Part shown: one piece after another, positions 8,525-17,171 of the stretch
Position numbering within the stretch: position 1 is the first letter of the stretch
How the letters are laid out: each line of letters starts with the position of its first letter
Assembly (NCBI GenBank): GCA_025210415.1
Contig: JAOARS010000210.1
Location: forward strand, 1-34,936
Origin: Marinifilum sp.
GTDB lineage: Bacteria; Bacteroidota; Bacteroidia; Bacteroidales; Marinifilaceae
DNA: 34,936 bases
Direction of reading: 5' to 3'
Translations under genes and position numbers: made by a program
Notes under the pieces: generated by a model
Told to the model about the DNA's origin: nothing
The model's database searches: none
What the model saw: only the letters and a program-made list of their open reading frames with translations

Positions 8525-8599
8525 GGGCGATTAGCTCAGTTGGTTCAGAGCACTTGGTTTACACCCAAGGGGTCATAGGTTCGAATCCTATATCGCCCA
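8525..8599 (+). tRNA. tRNA-Val (anticodon TAC)
   Basis: Cloverleaf: acceptor GGGCGAT/ATCGCCC, D stem GCTC/GAGC, anticodon arm CTTGG-TTTACAC-CCAAG, T arm ATAGG-TTCGAAT-CCTAT, discriminator A; CCA not encoded. Confidence 0.97.
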
Positions 8600-8684
8600 C
8601 ACATATAGTTGTTTAGATTTAAGATCTTGCAGTTTATTCCCAGCACCAAAAAAATCAAAATTTTAATTGTACGTAAAAAATCAA

Positions 8685-8724
8685 TAAAGAAATTTTTCTT
8701 TAATTAAAAACTTCTTTATTTTTG
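8685..8724 (+). promoter_or_regulatory. rex promoter (-7 element) with an upstream 18-bp palindrome
   Basis: TATTTTTG at 8717-8724 matches TAnnTTTG; TAAAGAAA-TT-TTTCTTTA at 8685-8702 is a perfect 8-2-8 palindrome over the expected -33 position. Confidence 0.5.
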
Positions 8725-8751
8725 TCTTGTTTTTGGTATAAGAAATTTACT

Positions 8752-9405
8752 ATGGTTCAATATTCTAAAAAAATTCAGGCAGTTCCGGAACCAACTATCC
8801 GACGTATGCCTGCTTATCTGGCTTTTGCTGAAGGTTTGTTGCGTAAAGGTCAGCAATTTGTATCTTCCACTCAAATTGCAAATTACATGAACATAGATCC
8901 TACTCAGGTAACAAAGGATTTATCTTACACCACAATTGTAGGAAAAACCAGGGTTGGCTACGAGGTAAAAGCTATTGTTGATGTATTATCTGATTTTCTT
9001 GGTTTTTCGGTAATGGATAATGCATTTTTAGTAGGTGCCGGGTCGTTAGGATCTGCTTTGTTACATGATAGTGGATTAAATCATTTTGGATTAAATATCG
9101 AGGCTGCTTTCGATGTAAATCCATCAACCATAGGGCGAAAGATAAACGATGTTGAAGTTTTTCACATCGATCAATTTAGAGACCTGGCTCAGGAATTAAA
9201 TGTAATTATGGGAATTATAACTGTTCCTGCCGAAAATGCACAAACAGTTGCCGATTTAATGGTTGCTTGGGGGATAAAGGCAATTTGGAATTTTACTCCT
9301 GCAAGAATTAAGGTACCCGATGATATCATTGTTCAGAATACAACCTTGTATTCAAACCTTGCAATTATTTTTAATAAGCTGCATCACGATAGAAAGGAAG
9401 AATAA
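8752..9405 (+). CDS. rex: Redox-sensing transcriptional repressor Rex
   Basis: N-terminal VPEPTIRRMPAY, SSTQIA, QVTKDLS, GKTRVGY; NAD(H)-binding LVGAGSLGSAL; GIKAIWNFTP. ATG at 8752 preferred over TTG at 8722. Confidence 0.92.
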   Translation: MVQYSKKIQAVPEPTIRRMPAYLAFAEGLLRKGQQFVSSTQIANYMNIDPTQVTKDLSYTTIVGKTRVGYEVKAIVDVLSDFLGFSVMDNAFLVGAGSLGSALLHDSGLNHFGLNIEAAFDVNPSTIGRKINDVEVFHIDQFRDLAQELNVIMGIITVPAENAQTVADLMVAWGIKAIWNFTPARIKVPDDIIVQNTTLYSNLAIIFNKLHHDRKEE

Positions 9406-9420
9406 GAAGTTTACAGATAC

Positions 9421-9458
9421 TAAAAAAGGGTTTTGAATATTTTCAAAACCCTTTTTTA
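9421..9458. terminator. Bidirectional intrinsic terminator between convergent rex and the 82-aa gene
   Basis: TAAAAAAGGGTTTTGAA-TATT-TTCAAAACCCTTTTTTA, a perfect inverted repeat with A/T tails on both sides. Confidence 0.92.
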
Positions 9459-9481
9459 TTTATTTGATGTCAAATTTCTTT

Positions 9482-9730
9482 TTAGGCCTCTTCGAGAATA
9501 CGATAAGCACGATCTAAAATTGTAGTATCATCGAGTTCAACAATTCCTCCGTTAGGGCCTTGTTCAACATGAATTCCAGTACTTTTACCTTCATCAAAAT
9601 TTGTTCCACCAAAATAATTTCTAACAGTTTCAACATTTAGTTGTAAATCTTCTGCAATCCTTTGCATGCTGCCATCTGGCAAACGATCCTTAATTTGTCT
9701 TAGCTCATTAAATGTGATTGTCTTAGTCAT
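9482..9730 (-). CDS. Small conserved Bacteroidales putative DNA-binding protein
   Basis: 82 aa with an HTH-like segment SMQRIAEDLQLNVETVRNYF; resembles from memory a conserved Bacteroidales family (TITFNELR.IKD.LP.GS...GP.GG.V..DDTT). Confidence 0.75.
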   Translation of the reverse strand: MTKTITFNELRQIKDRLPDGSMQRIAEDLQLNVETVRNYFGGTNFDEGKSTGIHVEQGPNGGIVELDDTTILDRAYRILEEA

Positions 9731-9834
9731 ATGCTGTAATATTTATTAAGGGTTAGAAATAAATTTGCCCTTTAAATTTAATGAAAGAATTTCTTAATTT
9801 AAAATTATTAGAACGTTAATTCTTATAAGCATAC

Positions 9835-11193
9835 TTAAAAAGTAAGTGTAAAGCTGGTTCTTTCATCGGGAACAGAATGAGCCGTTATGGTACCACCATG
9901 CAGACGTAATATTTGTTTAGAAAGGCTTAAACCAATTCCTGAACCTTTTGGTTTTGTTGTAAAAAACGGAATAAACACCTTGTCTAAAACTTCTTTAATA
10001 ATACCCTGGCCATTATCGTTTACCTGAATTGAAATTCGGCCTCGTTTATTCATGTAAGCTCTCAATTCAATTTTTGGATTTTTGGTATGCTCAACTGCAT
10101 GAATCGAATTTTTAATCAGGTTGATCAATACTTGCTCGATTAGTTGTTCATCGGCTGAAAGTTCAATGGACTCCGGATTAATACTGATTTCGCATTCAAT
10201 TCCATTTCGTCTAATTTCTTCTTCCATTAATCGATGTATGTTATCGAATAATTTTTGTACCTGAAAAATGCTAAAATTTGGTTTAGGAATTTTTGTAAGA
10301 TTTCGATATGTATCAACAAAATGAAGTAGTCCGGAGCTTCTTTTGTGAATGGTTTCAAGAGCCATTTTTACCTCGTTAAGAGTTTCAAGGTCTTGCTCTT
10401 CAAATCGATTCGTATTGTTTTCTCCAAAATCATCGAGAATTGTAGTAAGTGTTGTAGATAAAGATGAGATAGGAGTAATCGAGTTCATGATTTCATGTGT
10501 TAACACACGAATTAATTTTTGCCATGATTCAATTTCCTGTTCTTCCAATTCATACTGAATGTTCTTTATTGAAACCAGTATAACCTGACGGTTATTGATT
10601 TTAAATTCGGTTGCATAAACGGACAATTGAAGTATGTCATCGTTATCATTTACTTTTATTAAGGTATTTTCTCCGTGCTTTAAACTCAATAAAGAATTTA
10701 CCAAATCAGGACTAAATGCTTTTAAGTCCTGAATCATTTTAAGATTACTGATTTGAAATAATTTTTTGGAAGCATTGTTAATCATTTCAACTTTACCATC
10801 GCGATGAAATGCGATTAAACTGATGCCAATGTGTTGGATAACGGTTTGTAAATAAAAGTAATGCTCTTCTTTTTCGGCCCTTATTTTTTGAAAATCAGTA
10901 ATTACTGCATTAAATGATTCCTGCAGTTTATCAAAGGAGCTGCCTAATCCTTGTACCTGGAAATTTCTTGTAAAGTCAGAATATCTAATAGATTCGAGAA
11001 AGTTCTTAAGCAAACGGTTTGTTTTTTCAACATACCTGATAATTTCATAAATCTGATAAACAATGGCAATAAAAGTTAAACTCGCCGTAAAGTATAAGCT
11101 TTTTTTAGCGACTAAGTAGAATAACAGGAAAATCGTTGCAGACAGAACGATAATCCTGATAATAAAATTAATTCGGAAGCTTTTATAAACCAT
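9835..11193 (-). CDS. Membrane sensor histidine kinase (2 N-terminal TM, PAS-like domain)
   Basis: H box VLTHEIMNSITPI, N box QVLINLIKNS, G1 DNGQGI, F box FIPFFTTK, G2 GSGIGLSL; overlaps the regulator gene by 11 bp. Confidence 0.93.
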   Translation of the reverse strand: MVYKSFRINFIIRIIVLSATIFLLFYLVAKKSLYFTASLTFIAIVYQIYEIIRYVEKTNRLLKNFLESIRYSDFTRNFQVQGLGSSFDKLQESFNAVITDFQKIRAEKEEHYFYLQTVIQHIGISLIAFHRDGKVEMINNASKKLFQISNLKMIQDLKAFSPDLVNSLLSLKHGENTLIKVNDNDDILQLSVYATEFKINNRQVILVSIKNIQYELEEQEIESWQKLIRVLTHEIMNSITPISSLSTTLTTILDDFGENNTNRFEEQDLETLNEVKMALETIHKRSSGLLHFVDTYRNLTKIPKPNFSIFQVQKLFDNIHRLMEEEIRRNGIECEISINPESIELSADEQLIEQVLINLIKNSIHAVEHTKNPKIELRAYMNKRGRISIQVNDNGQGIIKEVLDKVFIPFFTTKPKGSGIGLSLSKQILRLHGGTITAHSVPDERTSFTLTF

Positions 11194-12562
11194 ATTTTTC
11201 GAGTCTTCGGTATAGAGAGGTTCTTGTCAATCCAAGTTCACCTGCTGCTTTAGATATGTTGCCTTTATTTGTTTTCAAAACCTTTTGAATGATATTTTTC
11301 TCAACTTCTTCAAGGTTGTAGGAATCAAACTCAACATCGTCCTGTTGGCTTCTTTCCATGCTGATCTGAAAATCCGATGGTTCCAGATTTTTGTCATCGG
11401 CCATAATAACAGCACGTTCCATTTGGTGTTGAAGCTCTCGAACATTTCCTGGCCAACCATAATCGTATAATTTATTAATACAAGCTTTCGATAAAGGATT
11501 TATTCTTTTCTTGTATTTTTTTGAATAGATTTCAAGGAAATGATCTGCCAATAAAGGAATATCTTCATATCTTTCTCGAAGTGGAGGAAGGTCTATTTCT
11601 ACGGTATTAATTCGGTACAATAAATCCTGACGGTATTTCTCTTCTGATGCCATTTGTTTTAGAGGCATATTTGTAGCACATATCAAGCGAATGTCAATTG
11701 GAATAGCTTTGTTCGATCCAACTCTGATTACCTCTCTTCTTTCCAAAACGGTTAAAAGCTTGGCTTGCATTGGCAAACTTAAATTTCCAATTTCATCAAG
11801 AAACAAGGTTCCTCCCGATGCAATTTCGAATCTTCCCGGCCTATCTGTTCGGGCATCGGTAAATGCTCCTTTAACATGTCCAAACAATTCACTTTCAAAC
11901 AAATTTTCGTTAATAGAACCAAGGTCAACGCTAACAAAAACTTCATCTTTTCTACTTGAATTGCGATGAAGAGCTCTGGCTACCAGTTCTTTCCCAGTTC
12001 CATTTTCTCCTAAAATCAATACATTGGCATCGGTTTTTGAGACTTTGGTAATGGTTTGAAACACCTGCTGCATTTCAGGTGATGTACCAATGAAATCGTT
12101 AAATGGTTGATCGAGAACAGCGTTTAGTTCTTTTTGTTTGGTTTTTAGTTCACTAACCTCTTCTTTCGATTTGCGAAGTTTAATGGCAGATGAAATGGTA
12201 GCCAATAACTTTTCATTTTGCCATGGTTTAAGAATAAAATCTGTAGCCCCGGCTTTAATTGCCTTAACCGATTTTTCAATATCGCCATAAGCTGTAATAA
12301 ATAAGACTACGGCTCTGGCATCAATTTCAAGTATTTTGTTTAACCAATGATATCCTTCCTGTCCACTAATGGCATCTTTGGTAAAGTTCATGTCTAAAAG
12401 AATCACATCGTACTCTTCCTGCTTCATAAGTTTAGGTATCATTTCAGGGTCAGATTCCGTATGTATTAATTCTACATGTTGCTTTAGTAGTAGTTTAAGA
12501 GAAAACAATATATCTTCATTGTCATCAATGGCCAGTATTTTTCCGCTTTTTTGCGTTGTCAT
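11183..12562 (-). CDS. Sigma-54-dependent response regulator (NtrC family: REC-AAA+-Fis HTH)
   Basis: REC IDDNE/LLDMNF/FITAYG/KPW; GENGTGKE, ESELFGHVKGAFTDA, LFLDEIG, RQDLLYRIN, WPGNVREL; HTH NISKAAGELGLTRTSLYRRLEKYGL. Confidence 0.95.
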   Translation of the reverse strand: MTTQKSGKILAIDDNEDILFSLKLLLKQHVELIHTESDPEMIPKLMKQEEYDVILLDMNFTKDAISGQEGYHWLNKILEIDARAVVLFITAYGDIEKSVKAIKAGATDFILKPWQNEKLLATISSAIKLRKSKEEVSELKTKQKELNAVLDQPFNDFIGTSPEMQQVFQTITKVSKTDANVLILGENGTGKELVARALHRNSSRKDEVFVSVDLGSINENLFESELFGHVKGAFTDARTDRPGRFEIASGGTLFLDEIGNLSLPMQAKLLTVLERREVIRVGSNKAIPIDIRLICATNMPLKQMASEEKYRQDLLYRINTVEIDLPPLRERYEDIPLLADHFLEIYSKKYKKRINPLSKACINKLYDYGWPGNVRELQHQMERAVIMADDKNLEPSDFQISMERSQQDDVEFDSYNLEEVEKNIIQKVLKTNKGNISKAAGELGLTRTSLYRRLEKYGL

Positions 12563-12646
12563 AATATTTTAATATTTGTAGGTTCGGTTTATTTTGTTTA
12601 AATCTGGACTCAAGTTATTACTAAAATTTCAGAAATAAAAAAATGA

Positions 12647-12684
12647 TGTACGTAATCGAACACTTTGTGTCTTAAATCCGTTCA
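12647..12684. promoter_or_regulatory. Putative enhancer (UAS) for the NtrC-type activator
   Basis: TGTACG-TAAT-CGAACA (TGT-N10-ACA, 12647-12662) and a degenerate second copy TGTCTTAAATCCGTTCA starting 21 bp later; about 100 bp upstream of the -24 element. Confidence 0.6.
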
Positions 12685-12749
12685 TCGTTTTAACACATTT
12701 TTAGCTGTTTAGATGTTTAAGTTGTTGTTGTTCAGATTTAAATTGCATT

Positions 12750-12765
12750 TGGCATGAAAGTAGAT
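12750..12765 (+). promoter_or_regulatory. Sigma-54 (-24/-12) promoter of the ABC exporter operon
   Basis: TGGCATGAAAGTAGAT = GG-N10-GA (variant -12), 46 nt before the adaptor ATG and next to a sigma-54 activator gene. Confidence 0.65.
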
Positions 12766-12811
12766 AATGATTGGTTGTGTTTGAAAAAGGTATATAACAA
12801 GTCAAAAAAAT

Positions 12812-14062
12812 ATGGATAGAATTATTGAGAAGAAGCCATGGTATCTTCAAAAGAAAAATTGGTACCTGGCTGCTGGCGTAATTGCCATAGTTATTCTCTA
12901 CACAGCATTTTTAGAAACATCAGGCTTAAGTTACAGGGTAGATGAAGAAACACTTTCGATTGCCGATGTAAAAAACGATTATTTTCAGGAATACATTGCC
13001 AGAACCGGAACAGTTAATCCAATAACAACAGTTTATTTGGATGCTATTGAAGGTGGGCGGGTAGAAGAAATTTTGCTGGAAGAAGGTAGTATGGTTAAAA
13101 AAGGCGATATTATTCTTCGATTGAGTAATTCTGAATTGAATTTGCAGATTTTGAATTCGGAAGCAGCTTTTACCGAACAGGTAAATCGGTTGCGCGATAC
13201 CCGTTTGAGTATGGAGCAAGATCGTTTAAATATTAAACGCAATTTGCTTGATGTTGATTTAAATTTAACAAAGAGTAAGAGAGAATATATTCGCAATAAG
13301 ACTTTTTTTGAGAAAGATTTGATTGCAAAAGAAGAGTTTGAAGCTTCTCGTGATGATTATTTCTATCACAAAAAGGTAAGAGCTTTGTTATTGGAGCGTC
13401 AAAAAACAGATTCCCTTTCAAGAACCATTCAAATTGAAAGATTAGAAGCCAATTTGAGTAAAATGGAAGATAATCTGGATTTGGTAAGAGAAAAGCTACA
13501 AAATTTGAATGTAAAGGCACCTGTTAACGGGCAGTTAGGGGCTTTGAATGCTGAACTAGGAGAATCAAAATCTAAAGGACAACGGCTTGGGCAAGTTAAT
13601 GTTCTGGATAATTACAAAATTAATGCAATGGTTGATGAACTTTACATTGCAAGATTAAATAAGGGATTAAATGCAAGTTTTAAATTCAATGGTAAAACAT
13701 ATCAATTGATAATTTCGAAGGTTTATCCCGAGGTTAGAAACGGACAATTCGAAATTGATCTGAAATTTGCAAGTAAATTGCCGGAAGACATTAGAACAGG
13801 GCAAACTTTTAGAACAAAAATAGAATTAGGAGAACCCAGAGAGACACTATTGGTACCCAGAGGTGGATTTTTTCAAAGTACCGGAGGGCAGTGGATATTT
13901 GTTGTAGATCCTTCAGGAAAATTTGCAGTAAGGAGAGCGATTAAGTTAGGGAATCAGAATCCTAAATATTATGAAGTTTTGGAAGGTTTGCAGCCAGGAG
14001 AAAAAGTAATAACAAATAGTTATGAACTTTATGGAGAATCTAAAAAATTACTTTTAAAGTAA
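12812..14062 (+). CDS. Periplasmic adaptor / membrane fusion protein (MacA/HlyD-like)
   Basis: N-terminal TM; lipoyl halves GGRVEEILLEEGSMVKKGDIILRL and VKAPVNGQL; long coiled coil; C-terminal YYEVLEGLQPGEKVIT. Confidence 0.92.
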   Translation: MDRIIEKKPWYLQKKNWYLAAGVIAIVILYTAFLETSGLSYRVDEETLSIADVKNDYFQEYIARTGTVNPITTVYLDAIEGGRVEEILLEEGSMVKKGDIILRLSNSELNLQILNSEAAFTEQVNRLRDTRLSMEQDRLNIKRNLLDVDLNLTKSKREYIRNKTFFEKDLIAKEEFEASRDDYFYHKKVRALLLERQKTDSLSRTIQIERLEANLSKMEDNLDLVREKLQNLNVKAPVNGQLGALNAELGESKSKGQRLGQVNVLDNYKINAMVDELYIARLNKGLNASFKFNGKTYQLIISKVYPEVRNGQFEIDLKFASKLPEDIRTGQTFRTKIELGEPRETLLVPRGGFFQSTGGQWIFVVDPSGKFAVRRAIKLGNQNPKYYEVLEGLQPGEKVITNSYELYGESKKLLLK

Positions 14063-14066
14063 GCTG

Positions 14067-16415
14067 ATGATAAAAATTTTACTCAATACTGTTATTCGAA
14101 ATTTGTACAAACAGAAAACTTATTCTGTGATTAATATTCTAGGCCTGGCAACCGGAGTAACATGTACATTATTGATATTGATTTGGGTAAATTATGAAAT
14201 TAGCTTTGATACCTATCACAAGGATATTGAAAGAATTTATACAGTTTATGAAAATCAGCAATATGCCGATGGAGATGTGTTTTCAGTATATTCAACACCA
14301 AGCCCACTTGCCGGATCATTAAAAAATGAGTATCCTGAAGTTGAGTTTTCTTCGCGAATGGTAAGTACTTGGGGGCAATTGGTATTATCGGCAAATGGAA
14401 AAACTTTTGTTGAAAATGGAGGTAAGGTTGTCGATCCTGATTTTTTTAAAATATTTTCGATACCAGTATTGTTTGGCGATTATATTAGCCCTCTTGCCAA
14501 CGAAAATACAATTGTTTTAAGCCAAAATTTATCCGATAAGCTATTTGGAGATATTGATCCAACTGGCTTGAGTGTAGAGGTTAATTCAAGATATCAGTTT
14601 ATTGTTGGTGCAGTTGTAGAAAATGCACCTGAAAACTCTTCAATACACTATGATTTCTTTCTTCCGTTTAAATTTTTTCAAGATTATTGGGAATATGATT
14701 TAAATGATTGGGAAGCGAATTCGTTTCATACTTTTCTGAAACTTAAAGATGGAGCAAATAGTAATTATTTAGCTGCAAATATAAAATATCATATTCGTCA
14801 GCGCATTCCTTATTCTAATGTAGAATTGGATTTGCAGAAGTTTGATAAATACCATCTGTACTCAATAAGTAAAAATAAGGCCGGGCCTATTTGGTATGTG
14901 CAAGTGTTTTTATTAGTAGCAATATTAATTCTTTTGATTGCCTGTTTTAACTACATGAACTTGGCAACAGCCAGGTCGGAACGAAGAGCAAGGGAGGTTG
15001 CCATTCGTAAGGTAGTTGGAGCACAACGAAAAGGCTTGATAGGTTTGTTTTTAATTGAATCGATAGTATTTACGATTATTGCTTTGGGTATGGCAATTGT
15101 ATTTGTAGAATTGTTGTTGCCTGTTTTTAGCGATCTTACAAACAGAACTTTAAGCTTAAATCCAACCAATTTAAAATTTTTGCTTGCTGTTGTTTTTATC
15201 GTATTGACAACGGGAGTTTTATCAGGAAGTTACCCTGCTTTTTTTCTTTCTTCTTTTTTACCCATTCAGGTAATAAGAGGCGTATTCAGACAAGATTCCG
15301 CAATGTTGCGAAAAGTGTTGGTTGTTATTCAATTTACCATGTCAATTGCACTTTTTATTTGCACTTGCGTGATATATAAACAACTGAATTTTTTGCAAGA
15401 TTCGGATATTGGTTATAACAAAGACAATATTGTTTATGTTGAAATGCTTGATGAGTTTTATAAAGAATATTCAGAGTTAAAAGGTGAACTGTTAAAAATT
15501 CCCGGTGTGCAATGGATAACTGCTGCAAACCAAATGCCTGTTAACTTTTCAAACTCAACCTGGGATGTTAATTGGCCGGGAAAATCAGACGATTCAGAGC
15601 AGGTTTTATTTCAATTGTCATTTGTAGATTTTGATTTTATTGAAACTTTTGAGATGGATGTCATTCAAGGGCGAGGTTTTTCGAAAGAGTTTGGCGAAGA
15701 CACATTAAAATTTATAATTAATGAATCGGCAGCAGAAAAAATGGACATGGTTTATACCATTGGCGAGAAAATAAGCCTTTGGAATTATACAGGCGAAGTG
15801 ATTGGGATTGTAAAGGATTTTAACTTTAACAGTTTGCAGGTTGGAGTTAACCCTTTAATTATGATGAGGAATCCGAGATCGTTTAAATACATAGGAATTA
15901 GAATTGGTGACGATAAAGAACCAATATTAAATAGAATTAGAAAAGTATGGGCACAAAGGTTTACACAAGCTCCATTTAATTATCGCTTTTTGGAAGAAGA
16001 TTTTGATTACTTCTATCAAGCAGAATCAAGAATGGGAAAACTATTTGCTTCGTTTACACTAATTGCTTTTATCATTTCCTGTTTGGGATTGTTTGGATTG
16101 GTATCTTTCATTACCGAGAATAAAGCCAGAGAAGTGGCATTGCGAAAAGTGTTTGGAGCTAATGTTGACAATGTTTTCCAATTGTTGTTTAAAGAAATCT
16201 TAAAGTGGATCATGCTATCCATTGCTATTGCATGGATCTTATCGTTTTTTGCAATGGAGTGGTGGTTGAATGGATTTGCTTATAGAATAGAGATAGGAAT
16301 AGGTATCTTTATTTTGGCAGCTTTTCTGTCTTTGGCAATAGCATTTATCACCATATACAAACAGATAGCACGTTTGGTGGCAAGTGCTCCTGCAAGTGTT
16401 TTGAAATACGAATAA
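14067..16415 (+). CDS. MacB/FtsX-type ABC transporter permease (duplicated, ~8 TM)
   Basis: INILGLATG, IACFNYMNLATARSERRAREVAIRKVVGA, SGSYPAF, LVVIQFT, ISCLGLFGL, C-terminal PASVLKYE. Confidence 0.93.
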   Translation: MIKILLNTVIRNLYKQKTYSVINILGLATGVTCTLLILIWVNYEISFDTYHKDIERIYTVYENQQYADGDVFSVYSTPSPLAGSLKNEYPEVEFSSRMVSTWGQLVLSANGKTFVENGGKVVDPDFFKIFSIPVLFGDYISPLANENTIVLSQNLSDKLFGDIDPTGLSVEVNSRYQFIVGAVVENAPENSSIHYDFFLPFKFFQDYWEYDLNDWEANSFHTFLKLKDGANSNYLAANIKYHIRQRIPYSNVELDLQKFDKYHLYSISKNKAGPIWYVQVFLLVAILILLIACFNYMNLATARSERRAREVAIRKVVGAQRKGLIGLFLIESIVFTIIALGMAIVFVELLLPVFSDLTNRTLSLNPTNLKFLLAVVFIVLTTGVLSGSYPAFFLSSFLPIQVIRGVFRQDSAMLRKVLVVIQFTMSIALFICTCVIYKQLNFLQDSDIGYNKDNIVYVEMLDEFYKEYSELKGELLKIPGVQWITAANQMPVNFSNSTWDVNWPGKSDDSEQVLFQLSFVDFDFIETFEMDVIQGRGFSKEFGEDTLKFIINESAAEKMDMVYTIGEKISLWNYTGEVIGIVKDFNFNSLQVGVNPLIMMRNPRSFKYIGIRIGDDKEPILNRIRKVWAQRFTQAPFNYRFLEEDFDYFYQAESRMGKLFASFTLIAFIISCLGLFGLVSFITENKAREVALRKVFGANVDNVFQLLFKEILKWIMLSIAIAWILSFFAMEWWLNGFAYRIEIGIGIFILAAFLSLAIAFITIYKQIARLVASAPASVLKYE

Positions 16416-16433
16416 ATTATAAATAAAAAGGCT

Positions 16434-17117
16434 ATGATTAAAACTAAAAATTTAATTAAAATCTTCCGCACTGATGAGGTTGAAACAACCGCTCTTAATA
16501 ATGTGAACTTAGAGATTAATAAAGGTGAATTTGTTGCAATTATGGGCCCTTCGGGATGTGGAAAATCTACGCTGTTAAATATTATTGGATTGCTTGATAA
16601 TCCAAGTGAAGGAGAATTGCACTTTAATGAATACCAGGTAGAAAAATATACTGAACGCCAAAGAACTAACCTGCGAAAAGAGAACATTGGATTTGTTTTT
16701 CAAAGTTTTAATCTTATTGATGAGCTAACTGTTTTTGAGAATGTTGAATTGCCATTGCTTTATATGAAAGTTTCTGGTTCGGAACGTAAAAAAAGGGTAA
16801 ATGAGGCATTGGAAAGAATGAATATTGCACACAGGGCAAAGCATTTTCCACAGCAATTGTCAGGAGGACAGCAGCAAAGGGTGGCAATTGCACGAGCAGT
16901 AATTTCAAATCCAAAATTGATACTTGCCGATGAGCCTACCGGTAATCTTGATTCGGCTAACGGTGAAGAGGTGATGAATCTTTTAACTCAGCTTAATGAG
17001 GAGGGAACTACCATTGTAATGGTTACTCACTCGCCATCTGATGCTGACAGAAGTCATAGAATTATTCAGCTGTTCGACGGCCATGTAGTAACAGAAAACA
17101 TGAGGCAGAAATTATAA
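16434..17117 (+). CDS. ABC transporter ATP-binding protein (MacB/LolD-like)
   Basis: Walker A GPSGCGKS, Q loop GFVFQSFNL, LSGGQQQRVAIARA, Walker B ILADEPTGNLD, VTH. Confidence 0.96.
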   Translation: MIKTKNLIKIFRTDEVETTALNNVNLEINKGEFVAIMGPSGCGKSTLLNIIGLLDNPSEGELHFNEYQVEKYTERQRTNLRKENIGFVFQSFNLIDELTVFENVELPLLYMKVSGSERKKRVNEALERMNIAHRAKHFPQQLSGGQQQRVAIARAVISNPKLILADEPTGNLDSANGEEVMNLLTQLNEEGTTIVMVTHSPSDADRSHRIIQLFDGHVVTENMRQKL

Positions 17118-17171
17118 AATAATTAATGCCCGCAAAATCCCACATCTGCTTGTTTCATTAAATAAATTGTC

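Noticed and set aside
8525-8720. tRNA-Val as the attachment site of an integrated element
   Set aside because: No integrase follows, I saw no duplicate of the tRNA 3' end, and the next gene is housekeeping rex.
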